A program made the translations under genes and the position numbers. A model generated the notes under the pieces. The model was not told the origin of the DNA and made no database searches. It saw only the letters and a list, made by a program, of their open reading frames with translations. Shown piece after piece: positions 37,501 through 50,019 of a DNA stretch of 64,000 nt (position 1 is its first letter; each line of letters opens with the position of its first letter). Source of the DNA: Haplodiscus bocki. Lineage: Eukaryota. The stretch spans positions 4,526,001-4,590,000 of the forward strand of contig OZ296658.1 of NCBI GenBank assembly GCA_965655095.1. Reading direction: 5' to 3'.

Positions 37501-40500
37501 CTATTTCTGATTTCGAGTCAAATTGTGTGAAGGATGAAGAATTCGAAGATAAAGAAACTAAAACATGGATCGGAATACATATCACGGATGCCGTTTCAAT
37601 ATCGTCTATTCTTGGAGAAGATTCTGTTTTGCTCTGCAAAGTTAACCCTCGTGATTTGGTGTGATCCTTGATTGATGCTCTAGAAAACCGTGCCACACAG
37701 AGGAAAGCGCAAATGAAAATGAAATTCTTGCAAGTTGAAACTACAATACCAAGCAAATTTGCACAGATTCTCGAAATTCTTAAGCAACGTCGCACCCATA
37801 GAGTCGACATCGAAGAGAACTGTCTCGAAGATGATTCTGATAAGGTCTCTACATAGTTTCCACAAATTGCAAAAAGTGGACTAAGTGATATGCAGGATCA
37901 CTTTGAGAGATATTGCAATACATTAGCAGTCTTTGGATTCAACTGTGCAAAGTACGATATCAACTTGACCAAGGCCTATTTAATACACATTCTAAATAAT
38001 TAGCGAGAGATTGAACCAATTGTTATAAGGAAGGCTTGTGAATTGGTGTAGTTCAAGTTCGGTAACGTTCAGTTGCTCGACATTTTGAACTTTCTCGGCG
38101 GAGCCACGAACCTTGCATCTTTCCTCCCAGCTTACAAGACAATGGAAACAAAAGGGTTCTTTCCCTATGAATGATTCAACCCCTCCGCCCCCCGCCAAAG
38201 AGAATCCCACAGAACTTCGCCCCTATGAGACCTTTTACGATGAATTAGGAAATTGCAACCCTCTTGAGAAGGGGTGTCGAGACTATGAAAAATTGATCTA
38301 CAGCGGATTGGCGAAGGAATCTACCTTGATTACATCGAAACTCTGAGGTACCACCTCTGAATTTGAAAACTATCCTTGCTTGGAGAAATTTGGGGTGAAA
38401 ATCCAGACATTCTTAGACTTCTTGAGGTGGTAAAACAACAAAAACGTTGTCCCGACTTTGATGGTTTTAAAGAAAATAGTTACATTTTATCCCAATAAGG
38501 GTATTGACTGCTGGCTGGACGTACGATACCTAATCTCGCCATATTTTTCAAAAGTTTTCTCGCCGAGAGCGACAGACTTGCTCGAAAAAATCCGCCTGCA
38601 TATGGTCGCTGGACCTTCAACAGCGTTTACACGTAAAGCTCTAGTTGGTGGAACTCTGATTCGCAAGTCCTCAAACATTTGCAAATCGATTGTTAGGATT
38701 GAGCCCAGCAAACTTTACCCGTATTCTGTGTGTCAACCCATGCCGACAAGAGTTTCTACGAGATTTGAATTTGACGAAGATTTGCAAAAATAGAATTTCC
38801 AATAAGACAAGAAGTTGAGAAATTATGTTCATGTCTTTTCAACGAATCAGACCCTAGTGTAACTTAAAGAGGTTCTACACCACAGGAACGGAGAAAAAGA
38901 TTCATTGTTTCAGTGCAGACGGCTTTTGCGCGTATGCTTGAAGCCCTGGTTTGTTTCTATCATCACTGTTCTTACCAGGAAGCTCGGCTTTCGCTAACAG
39001 AAGACACTGAACGCGGAAATAAAAAGAGACTAATGGATGAAATGCGAAAACAATATATCAAAGAAAAAGGTTATGATATTGTGGGAATGTGAGTGCTGGT
39101 CAATATAAAAGACAGGTGCATCAGTAAAGCAATAGTTGAGAGAATCGTTTCATTTCAATAGACCAATGTGAGAACAGTTATTGGAAAAAATAAAATTGAG
39201 TTCCTTGTTTGGTTATGTACAGTGTGATATTCATATTCCAGCGCATCTCAGAGAACAATTTAATTGTCCTCTACTTTTCAAAAAAACTAACGTATGCAGA
39301 CAAAATATTGGTTATTTGGTGCAAGAGTATGCTGAGAGGGAAGGATTTATGTCCCAACCGCGACGAATGTTAATCTCTTGCTTTGAACTAAAGAATGGAA
39401 ACATCAGCACCCCGTTACTCTTGTTTTATTTAGAATTGGGTCTCGTATGCAGAAAAATGTACCCATTTTTGAGTACACTCCTGTGAAATACTTCGACGAT
39501 TTTGTACTATCTGCTGATGACGCTCGACGACAAGGAGACGAAAATCCCAATTCCAGTGTTGTTGCTGAAACAATGAAATTGCTTGCCAACAGTTCCTACG
39601 GTTATCAAATAATGGATCGTAGTCGTCCTGTTACCAAATACCTGAATGGTGAGAAGACGCACGCAGGAATCAACAATAAAGTGTTCAAGAGTTTAGTTAA
39701 TAATAATGATCAACTCTATGGAGTGGAACTGGTGAAGTGCGAGATTGAACATAAAGAGCCCATCATTGTAGGTTTTTTCATCTTGCAGTATGCTAAATTG
39801 AGATGTTGGAGGCCTAATACAACTTTTTTCAAAGTATTTCGATACACAGAAATACGAAGAGATGGAAATGGATACAGACTCTCTTTTTTGCTTTTGCAGA
39901 GAGAAAGTTTCTAATCTAGATGGCAATAAGTCACCACAGCAACCGCAGTCTATCAAACAATTCCAGGTGTAAAAATTAGTTGCAGCCGTAATAACTAGCC
40001 ACCGGGGTATTAATAAGTTCCGCACCTTAATATTTATCCGCCGGTCGTGCCCGGCCCAGAAAAAGTATAAAAACAGTTTTTGCCGAAATCTCACTGTGCC
40101 GAAAATGACCTCAACCATCGGCACCCAATAAACACTCGTCACACAGGGGTGAAGACCCTTCTCGGCTTCTTTTACCTATCTTAAAACAGACAACGGAATC
40201 TAGAGAGACATTTGACAACTTGCAAAGAACGAGTTAAGCATTTTTCTCAAAGAACGTGAATCAGCTCCGTGAAGCACTTTTTGACAAACTAGACGCTTTT
40301 GATATGCCGTACCGGATGAACAAAAGCTTTTCAAGATTACGGCTATTTCTGATTTCGAGTCAAATTGTGTGAAGGATGAAGAATTCGAAAATAAAGAAAC
40401 TAAAACATGGATCGGAATACATATCACGGATGCCGTTTCAATATCGTCTATTCTTGGAGAAGATTCTGTTTTGCTCTGCAAAGTTAACCCTCGTGATTTG

Positions 40501-43500
40501 GTGTGATCCTTGATTGATGCTCTAGAAAACCGTGCCACACAGAGGAAAGCGCAAATGAAAATGAAATTCTTGCAAGTTGAAACTACAATACCAAGCAAAT
40601 TTGCACAGATTCTCGAAATTCTTAAACAACGTCGCACCCATAGAGTCGACATCGAAGAGAACTGTCTCGAAGATGATTCTGATAAGGTCTCTACATAGTT
40701 TCCACAAATTGCAAAAAGTGGACTAAGTGATATGCAGGATCACTTTGAGAGATATTGCAATACATTAGCAGTCTTTGGATTCAACTGTGCAAAGTACGAT
40801 ATCAACTTGACCAAGGCCTATTTAATACACATTCTAAATAATTAGCGAGAGATTGAACCAATTGTTATAAGGAAGGCTTGTGAATTGGTGTAGTTCAAGT
40901 TCGGTAACGTTCAGTTGCTCGACATTTTGAACTTTCTCGGCGGAGCCACGAACCTTGCATCTTTCCTCCAAGCTTACAAGACAATGGAAACAAAAGGGTT
41001 CTTTCCCTATGAATGATTCAACCCCTCCGCCCCCCGCCAAAGTGAATCCCACAGAACTTCGCCCCTATGAGACCTTTTACGATGAATTAGGAAATTGCAA
41101 CCCTCTTGAGAAGGGGTGTCGAGACTATGAAAAATTGATCTACAGCGGATTGGCGAAGGAATCTACCTTGATTACATCGAAACTCTGAGGTACCACCTCT
41201 GAATTTGAAAACTATCCTTGCTTGGAGAAATTTGGGGTGAAAATGCAGACTTTCTTAGACTTCTTGAGGTGGTAAAACAACAAAAACGTTGTCCCGACTT
41301 TGATGGTTTTAAAGAAAATAGTTACATTTTATCCCAATAAGGGTATTGACTGCTGGCTGGACGTACGATACCTAATCTCGCCATATTTTTCAAAAGTTTT
41401 CTCGCCGAGAGCGACAGACTTGCTCGAAAAAATCCGCCTGCATATGGTCGCTGGACCTTCAACAGCGTTTACACGTAAAGCTCTAGTTGGTGAAACTCTG
41501 ATTCGCAAGTCCTCAAACATTTGCAAATCAATTGTTAGGATTGAGCCCAGCAAACTTTACCCGTATTCTGTGTGTCAACCCATGCCGACAAGAGTTTCTA
41601 CGAGATATGAATTTGACGAAGATTTGCAAAAATAGAATTTCCAATAAGACAAGAAGTCGAGAAATTATGTTCATGTCTTTTCAACGAATCAGACCCTAGT
41701 GTAACTTAGAGAGGTTCTACACCACAGGAACGGAGAAAAAGATTCATTGTTTCAGTGCAGACGGCTTTTGCGCGTATGCTTGAAGCCCTGGTTTGTTTCT
41801 ATCATCACTGTTCTTACCAGGAAGCTCGGCCTTCGCTAACAGAAGACACTGAACGCGGAAATAAAAAGAGACTAATGGATGAAATGCGAAAACAATATAT
41901 CAAAGAAAAAGGTTATGATATTGTGGGAATGTGAATGCTGGTCAATATAAAAGACAGGTGCATCAGTAAAGCAATAGTTGAGAGAATCGTTTCATTTCAA
42001 TAGACCAATGTGAGAACAGTTATTGGAAAAAATAAAATTGAGTTCCTTGTTTGGTTATGTACAGTGTGATATTCATATTCCAGCGCATCTCAGAGAACAA
42101 TTTAATTGTCCTCTAATTTTCAAAAAAACTAACGTATGCAGACAAAATATTGGTTATTTGGTGCAAGAGTATGCTGAGAGGGAAGGATTTATGTCCCAAC
42201 CGCGACGAATGTTAATCTCTTGCTTTGAACTAAAGAATGGAAACATCAGCACCCCGTTACTCTTGTTTTATTTAGAATTGGGTCTCGTATGCAGAAAAAT
42301 GTACCCATTTTTGAGTACACTCCTGTGAAATATTTCGACGATTTTGTACTATCTGCTGATGACGCTCGACGACAAGGAGACGAAAATCCCAATTCCAGTG
42401 TTGTTGCTGAAACAATGAAATTGCTTGCCAACAGTTCCTACGGTTATCAAATAATGGATCGTAGTCGTCCTGTTACCAAATACCTGAATGGTGAGAAGAC
42501 GCACGCAGGAATCAACAATAAAGTGTTCAAGAGTTTAGTTAATAATAATGATCAACTCTATGGAGTGGAACTGGTGAAGTGCGAGATTGAACATAAAGAG
42601 CCCATCATTGTAGGTTTTTTCATCTTGCAGTATGCTAAATTGAGATGTTGGAGGCCTAATACAACTTTTTTCAAAGTATTTCGATACACAGAAATACGAA
42701 GAGATGGAAATGGATACAGACTCTCTTTTTTGCTTTTGCAGAGAGAAAGTTTCTAATCTAGATGGCAATAAGTCACCACAGCAACCGCAGTCTATCAAAC
42801 AATTCCAGGTGTAAAAATTAGTTGCAGCCGTAATAACTAGCCACCGGGGTATTAATAAGTTCCGCACCTTAATATTTATCCGCCGGTCGTGCCCGGCCCA
42901 GAAAAAGTATAAAAACAGTTTTTGCCGAAATCTCACTGTGCCGAAAATGACCTCAACCATCGGCACCCAATAAACACTCGTCACACAGGGGTGAAGACCC
43001 TTCTCGGCTTCTTTTACCTATCTTAAAACAGACAACGGAATCTAGAGAGACATTTGACAACTTGCAAAGAACGAGTTAAGCATTTTTCTCAAAGAACGTG
43101 AATCAGCTCCGTGAAGCACTTTTTGACAAACTAGACGCTTTTGATATGCCGTACCGGATGAACAAAAGCTTTTCAAGATTACGGCTATTTCTGATTTCGA
43201 GTCAAATTGTGTGAAGGATGAAGAATTCGAAAATAAAGAAACTAAAACATGGATCGGAATACATATCACGGATGCCGTTTCAATATCGTCTATTCTTGGA
43301 GAAGATTCTGTTTTGCTCTGCAAAGTTAACCCTCGTGATTTGGTGTGATCCTTGATTGATGCTCTAGAAAACCGTGCCACACAGAGGAAAGCGCAAATGA
43401 AAATGAAATTCTTGCAAGTTGAAACTACAATACCAAGCAAATTTGCACAGATTCTCGAAATTCTTAAACAACGTCGCACCCATAGAGTCGACATCGAAGA

Positions 43501-45876
43501 GAACTGTCTCGAAGATGATTCTGATAAGGTCTCTACATAGTTTCCACAAATTGCAAAAAGTGGACTAAGTGATATGCAGGATCACTTTGAGAGATATTGC
43601 AATACATTAGCAGTCTTTGGATTCAACTGTGCAAAGTACGATATCAACTTGACCAAGGCCTATTTAATACACATTCTAAATAATTAGCGAGAGATTGAAC
43701 CAATTGTTATAAGGAAGGCTTGTGAATTGGTGTAGTTCAAGTTCGGTAACGTTCAGTTGCTCGACATTTTGAACTTTCTCGGCGGAGCCACGAACCTTGC
43801 ATCTTTCCTCCAAGCTTACAAGACAATGGAAACAAAAGGGTTCTTTCCCTATGAATGATTCAACCCCTCCGCCCCCCGCCAAAGTGAATCCCACAGAACT
43901 TCGCCCCTATGAGACCTTTTACGATGAATTAGGAAATTGCAACCCTCTTGAGAAGGGGTGTCGAGACTATGAAAAATTGATCTACAGCGGATTGGCGAAG
44001 GAATCTACCTTGATTACATCGAAACTCTGAGGTACCACCTCTGAATTTGAAAACTATCCTTGCTTGGAGAAATTTGGGGTGAAAATGCAGACTTTCTTAG
44101 ACTTCTTGAGGTGGTAAAACAACAAAAACGTTGTCCCGACTTTGATGGTTTTAAAGAAAATAGTTACATTTTATCCCAATAAGGGTATTGACTGCTGGCT
44201 GGACGTACGATACCTAATCTCGCCATATTTTTCAAAAGTTTTCTCGCCGAGAGCGACAGACTTGCTCGAAAAAATCCGCCTGCATATGGTCGCTGGACCT
44301 TCAACAGCGTTTACACGTAAAGCTCTAGTTGGTGAAACTCTGATTCGCAAGTCCTCAAACATTTGCAAATCAATTGTTAGGATTGAGCCCAGCAAACTTT
44401 ACCCGTATTCTGTGTGTCAACCCATGCCGACAAGAGTTTCTACGAGATATGAATTTGACGAAGATTTGCAAAAATAGAATTTCCAATAAGACAAGAAGTC
44501 GAGAAATTATGTTCATGTCTTTTCAACGAATCAGACCCTAGTGTAACTTAGAGAGGTTCTACACCACAGGAACGGAGGAAAAGATTCATTGTTTCAGTGC
44601 AGACGGCTTTTGCGCGTATGCTTGAAGCCCTGGTTTGTTTCTATCATCACTGTTCTTACCAGGAAGCTCGGCCTTCGCTAACAGAAGACACTGAACGCGG
44701 AAATAAAAAGAGACTAATGGATGAAATGCGAAAACAATATATCAAAGAAAAAGGTTATGATATTGTGGGAATGTGAATGCTGGTCAATATAAAAGACAGG
44801 TGCATCAGTAAAGCAATAGTTGAGAGAATCGTTTCATTTCAATAGACCAATGTGAGAACAGTTATTGGAAAAAATAAAATTGAGTTCCTTGTTTGGTTAT
44901 GTACAGTGTGATATTCATATTCCAGCGCATCTCAGAGAACAATTTAATTGTCCTCTAATTTTCAAAAAAACTAACGTATGCAGACAAAATATTGGTTATT
45001 TGGTGCAAGAGTATGCTGAGAGGGAAGGATTTATGTCCCAACCGCGACGAATGTTAATCTCTTGCTTTGAACTAAAGAATGGAAACATCAGCACCCCGTT
45101 ACTCTTGTTTTATTTAGAATTGGGTCTCGTATGCAGAAAAATGTACCCATTTTTGAGTACACTCCTGTGAAATACTTCGACGATTTTGTACTATCTGCTG
45201 ATGACGCTCGACGACAAGGAGACGAAAATCCCAATTCCAGTGTTGTTGCTGAAACAATGAAATTGCTTGCCAACAGTTCCTACGGTTATCAAATAATGGA
45301 TCGTAGTCGTCCTTCTGTTACCAAATACCTGAATGGTGAGAAGACGCACGCAAGAATCAACAATAAAGTGTTCAAGAGTTTAGTTAATAATAATGATCAA
45401 CTCTATGGAGTGGAACTGGTGAAGTGCGAGATTGAACATGAAGAGCCCATCATTGTAGGTTTTTTTATCTTGCAGTATGCTAAATTGAGATGTTGGAGGC
45501 CTAATACAACTTTTTTCAAAGTATTTCGATACACAGAAATACGAAGAGATGGAAATGGATACAGACTCTCTTTTTTGCTTTTGCAGAGAGAAAGTTTCTA
45601 ATCTAGATGGCAATAAGTCACCACAGCAACCGCAATCTATCAAACAATCCCAGGTGTAAAAATTAGTTGCAGCCGTAATAACTAGCCACCGGGGTATTAA
45701 TAAGTTCCGCACCTTAATATTTATCCGCCGGTCGTGCCCGGCCCAGAAAAAGTATAAAAACAGTTTTTGCCGAAATCTCACTGTGCCGAAAATGACCTCA
45801 ACCATCGGCACCCAATAAACACTCGTCACACAGGGGTGAAGACCCTTCTCGGCTCCTTTTACCTATCTTAAAACAG
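25961..45876 (+). repeat. Tandem array of 7 units of ~2.85 kb (pPolB pseudogene fragment + inner TIR)
   Basis: An anchor sequence recurs at 25967, 28816, 31665, 34513, 37358, 40200 and 43042 (periods 2849, 2849, 2848, 2845, 2842, 2842); all six junctions read ...ttaaaacag-acaac-ggaatctagag. Confidence 0.98.
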
Positions 45877-46155
45877 GGTCTTCATCCCCCCTGTTTTAAG
45901 GTTCATCCCCTGGTTGTTTTACTCTCCCTTATACTACTTAACTCCATATCTTAATATATGCCGAACACACTCGGCTCTCCCCCTGTCTTAATACATTGAT
46001 CCAACGTAATAACATGCCAACCGAGGGGGGGGGGGGTGCGCCACCCGATGAACACTGATTTTGCCCACCATTCGGCTCTCACAGCCTATAGCTTATATTA
46101 ATACATGGATGGGGCCTCCACCACCCCCACCAGATCTGCTCACTGTCTTACAACT
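45610..46155 (-). repeat. Right terminal inverted repeat of Polinton 1
   Basis: Inverse of 17020-17785; followed by TSD tcggat. Confidence 0.9.
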
Positions 46156-47484
46156 TCGGATAGTATTTCTTTTATCGAAAAACCGAAAATTTTGAAAATT
46201 TTTAATCACCAAAACTTGTTGAACGCCTGCCCCTTTAGAACAAGTGGCAGATTTTGTCAATGCCTTCCAGAACTTCAAAGAGGGAATCACCTGGAACTTT
46301 GAGACTCGATGCTAAAGTCTTTAAAATAAGGCTGAATCAACTGAAATTTGCCTTCAAATTACCCTCAGAACTGACAGAAAAAATCTGAATGTCTTGTTCG
46401 TCTGGAAGACTTTGGTTTAAAAAAAAACTTGAAAAATTCACGAATGTCCAAAAAGTGATATTAACAAGACCTTGCTTTTGAAAAATACGACCCTTAAAAT
46501 TGTCCAAAAATAAAATCCGGAGACGCAAAATAACAATGAACGTGTAGCTATTCAAAAAATTAACCCAGGCTGATTACCCTGGTTGATCTAACTCATGCTT
46601 CTCCATTCTTTCCCTACATTCCTCCTCCCTCCCCGAATTCTCCTAGACACATCCCTCTAGTGTGCTGTGTTTCAGAAGTGTTCTCTTGGTCCCAATGCGA
46701 GTTGTTTGGAGCTCTCAACAGTGACATCACCGATGGAAACTCGCCCATCTTGAGTTGTCTAGTGAGATACAAACTTTTTATTCTTTTACTACAACCTTTT
46801 TCTAGAATTCTGCTTGATTTCCTGTTCGGTATCCGGACTTTTTTTAGAAGAACATGGGTAAGTCCAGACTGAGTTTTGATGTAATATTTGCAGGAACCGC
46901 TTTCAAATCAAACATCTAATTGAAGCGCTACTCTGATTTCAGAAGCTCCTGGAAGCTAACATTTCCTTGAAACAAGGATAGAAACCACGTTTACCAACTC
47001 GGAAAGAAAAACGGTGGTAAAATCCCATGTAGTCTGAAGTTGCGCCAAAAAGTAGAAGTAGAGGTGAATGACGAAAAAGCCAGTTTTTACGCATTCTGAC
47101 TGAGAAGACGGATGCGTATGGAAACTGGTTTATTCTTAGTTTTAAGGCATTGAGCCGAAAGGATTAAGGTCTGCAGATTTTACTTTTTACGCGTCTTCGC
47201 TCCATTTTCCAAATCCATTCTGAGCGATAGTGGAACGTAATGATTTCTTTCTACCTATTCACTGCAAATCATTTCTCTTCTCCAAACTAGAGCTAACGTG
47301 ACTTTACCGTTCCATTTCAAGTACATGTGGTAATGATTTGAATATTCTCAAATTAGCCAATCTAATCGCATCTGATGTTCAAAAACGGCCTCGTTTCGCA
47401 GATACTTGTTCATTTTAGCATTTTTTTTACTGTTGAAGCTTCTCAAAAATTCGGCGGTAAAATGACGTAACCTGAAGAAACAAA

Positions 47485-47834
47485 GGGTCTTTTCCGTTTC
47501 TTCCCCTCCTCCCCCCCCCCCCCCCCCAGCGGATTATTTCCCCCCAGTCGAAGCTGTAGCTGCTGCTACCAGTGTACATGTATTTATTCACTGAATACGT
47601 CTTTCGCGAGTCAGTAGACAATGCACACAATTCACAAATCTCAAGTACCTTCCAAGAAGCTGACTGCTTGCTGAAGCTAGTTAAAGTAAACAAACAGGTA
47701 TTTGCAATAACTTTATTAAGAAGAAACTTGAACCATACTGATCAGCTCAGCATATCAGCTAGGGGGGGGGGGAATAATAATTTTGTCAGTAGGGCTGGGG
47801 TTGGGGGGGGGGGGGGGAGAAACGGAAAAGACCC
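47485..47834. mobile_element. 350-bp MITE with GGGTCTTTTCCGTTTCT TIRs and 8-bp TSD GAAACAAA
   Basis: TIRs extend into poly-C/poly-G tracts; gaaacaaa at 47477-47484 and 47835-47842. Superfamily uncertain (GG ends with 8-bp TSD fit Merlin or MULE). Confidence 0.85.
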
Positions 47835-49365
47835 GAAACAAAATTTTCGAGTAGATCCGTGACAGGTACTTTTCTCAGTTGCCGTTTTCGAAAAAACGTT
47901 TGGTTGAGAGCTGGTTAAGTTTTTCCTAAAAGTGTCAATCACATCTCCGATCATGGTGTCAAATGTCGTTTGGGATCCGTGATCTCAAGTCAGAATGTGC
48001 TGCGAAATTCAGCTCCGCGTCTTTGTTAAAAATTATAGTCAATTTTAGCAAAATGAACATTCTAAATTCTGATCGCGTATTGCGTGGCATCCTTGATGCT
48101 TACGTTTTTTTGGCCCATGTTCAAAAACGGAAGGAAAATCTGCAGCCGCGACGGGGGTTTGCTCAAGTATACTTGCCAGTTGTACGATACTGGCATTCTC
48201 GTAAAATCGGGCTATTTTTTGTCACCAATTTTTGGACAATTTACTGTAAAATCAGGATAAAATATCTATTTTTTGAATTTTTTTTCAAATAGGAAAAATG
48301 ACAAATTTGCTGTAGAAATGCGTTTTTTCGACAAAAATTTAGTGTCCAAAAAAATCTGGAAATTTTAAACCGAAAAAAAGCAGCAGTAATGCTGTAATTG
48401 CACAAAAGTTTTTTTCCTAAAAATGCAGATTTATTACACGTTCTGACTGAAAGGAAGAATGTGCAATGGAAACCGGCTTATGCATAGTTTTTTTCTGTCC
48501 AAAACTTGCCTTTTGTGTCGTCATCACAGAGTCTAGTCATCTAGTGTAAATAGACAAAAAGTCCTTTTTGAAACATCTTAGCAGGTACTTGTTTATTTTC
48601 GCGGTCTGAGAAGTGCAAAATTTTTCAACATTGGTCTGAAAAATGAACAACAGCGATTTAAAAATAATGTGTCACATAACAATATTTTGAATGAGACTGT
48701 GGGCAGTGTATTACGAGTAGTATATGGGCGAGTGAGACAGCCAGGGGGTGATGACCCTCATGTTTTAAGTTAGGTATAGGATCCGAGAGCCGAGAAGGGT
48801 CATCACCCTCTCTGTGACGTGTTTTTATTGGTTATTGAACGACTTTTCCAGGCCCCCCGCGCCGGCGGTGATTTTATTACGCAATACTATTACGGCCGCG
48901 AATATTTATTGCGCCTGAGGACATCTTTGTACGCCTGTGGTTACTTTTATGTGATGATTCCATTAAGGTTTTAGGAAGATCAATTAGAGTACAAGTGGAG
49001 ATGTTTACAAAAAATGGATAGAAATTGGAGAAGGTTCATTTAAGTACAAAAAGTAACGTTGATAGAATTGAAAGCTTATATACAAGTAGTAAGAGTGTGA
49101 GCTGAGGTGGTGGGGGGGGGGGGGGTGGGGGACCCTCCATGTATTAAGATAGGCTATAGCAGCCGACTCGTGCCCAGGGCCGAGAAGGGCCCCCCACCCA
49201 TGTATTAAGATAGGGCATGTTCCGGCAATGTATTAAGATAGGGTATGTTTCGGCACTGTGATACTCGATTCTGATTGGCTGACGAGGTTTTAGGGTTTTT
49301 TCGTGCTCGATTCTGATTGGCTGCCGACAAGAATTTGGTTTTGGGCTAAATTTGGGTTTTTTCTT

Positions 49366-49590
49366 AATGTATTAAGATAGGGTATAGTTCGGCTCAATGT
49401 TTTAAGATAGGGTATAGTTCGGCTCAATGTATTAAGATAGGGTATAGTTCGGCTCAATGTATTAAGATAGGGTATAGTTCGGTTCAATGTATTAAGATAG
49501 GGTATAAGTCAGTTCAATGTATTAAGATAGGGTATAAGTCGGTTCAATGTATAAAGATAGGGTATAGTTCGGTTCAATGTATAAAGATTT
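49366..49590 (+). repeat. 30-bp minisatellite (aatgtattaagatagggtatagttcggytc), about 7.5 copies, in the terminal region
   Basis: Units start at 49366, 49396, 49426, 49456, 49486, 49516, 49546 and 49576. Confidence 0.95.
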
Positions 49591-49780
49591 GGAATAGGGT
49601 ATTTTCGGCACTCTGCGACAATTTTCGGTTTTCTTTCGAATTTTTGGGCACCTGCGCCCGCTCGGGATAATTATTCCGCCGCCGGATAATTTTTACGCCG
49701 CCGCGGGATAATTTTTCCGCCGTCGGATAATTTTCCCATTAGTAGTATAGTGTGAGCAGAAGTGGGGGGGGGGAAGACGA

Positions 49781-49867
49781 GGTCTCCTACGGGGACTCGA
49801 ACCTGCGCGGACGGAGTGGTGGAAAAGTAAATCCGGCCGGCGGTCGTATCCGCGGCGCCACGGGAGC
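49781..49867 (-). ncRNA. tRNA-like Pol III type-2 promoter unit (box A + box B)
   Basis: Minus strand GCTCCCG-TGGCGCCGCGG (box A-like at +8), 46 nt, then GGTTCGAGTCC (box B, 49803-49793). No proper anticodon arm. Confidence 0.4.
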
Positions 49868-50019
49868 TAGTAATCGGCGCGGTGCTGGACGCCACAACTT
49901 TTTTGAGCTATGTAAAAAGATTGTGGTAGAGGTTTAAAAAGTTAATTAGAATATATAAATAATACAAGACCACCAGGCAAAGTTAATGAGAAAACTACAA
50001 GACCACATTCAAAAAAAAT

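Larger units (their letters stand above)
17020..46155. mobile_element. Polinton/Maverick 1: complete ends, decayed genes, internal tandem amplification
   Basis: Starts AGTAGTAAG and ends CTTACAACT; diverged TIRs; 6-bp TSD TCGGAT at 17014-17019 and 46156-46161; remnants of PRO, MCP, mCP, INT, ATPase and pPolB. Confidence 0.95.

Noticed and set aside
25967-45829. Recurrent short ORFs (150, 111, 101, 155 aa etc.) as a functional multigene cluster
   Set aside because: They are sense fragments or antisense shadows of one broken pPolB, repeated by the array.
47085-48495. Degenerate ~60-bp direct repeat (47085, 48432) as LTRs
   Set aside because: Too short and diverged; no TG..CA ends, PBS/PPT or coding remnant.
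49366-49590. 30-bp repeats as a CRISPR array
   Set aside because: Units are contiguous with no unique spacers, there are no cas genes, and the context is eukaryotic.
49781-49867. Functional tRNA gene
   Set aside because: No anticodon stem-loop and a poor acceptor stem; kept only as a Pol III-like unit.
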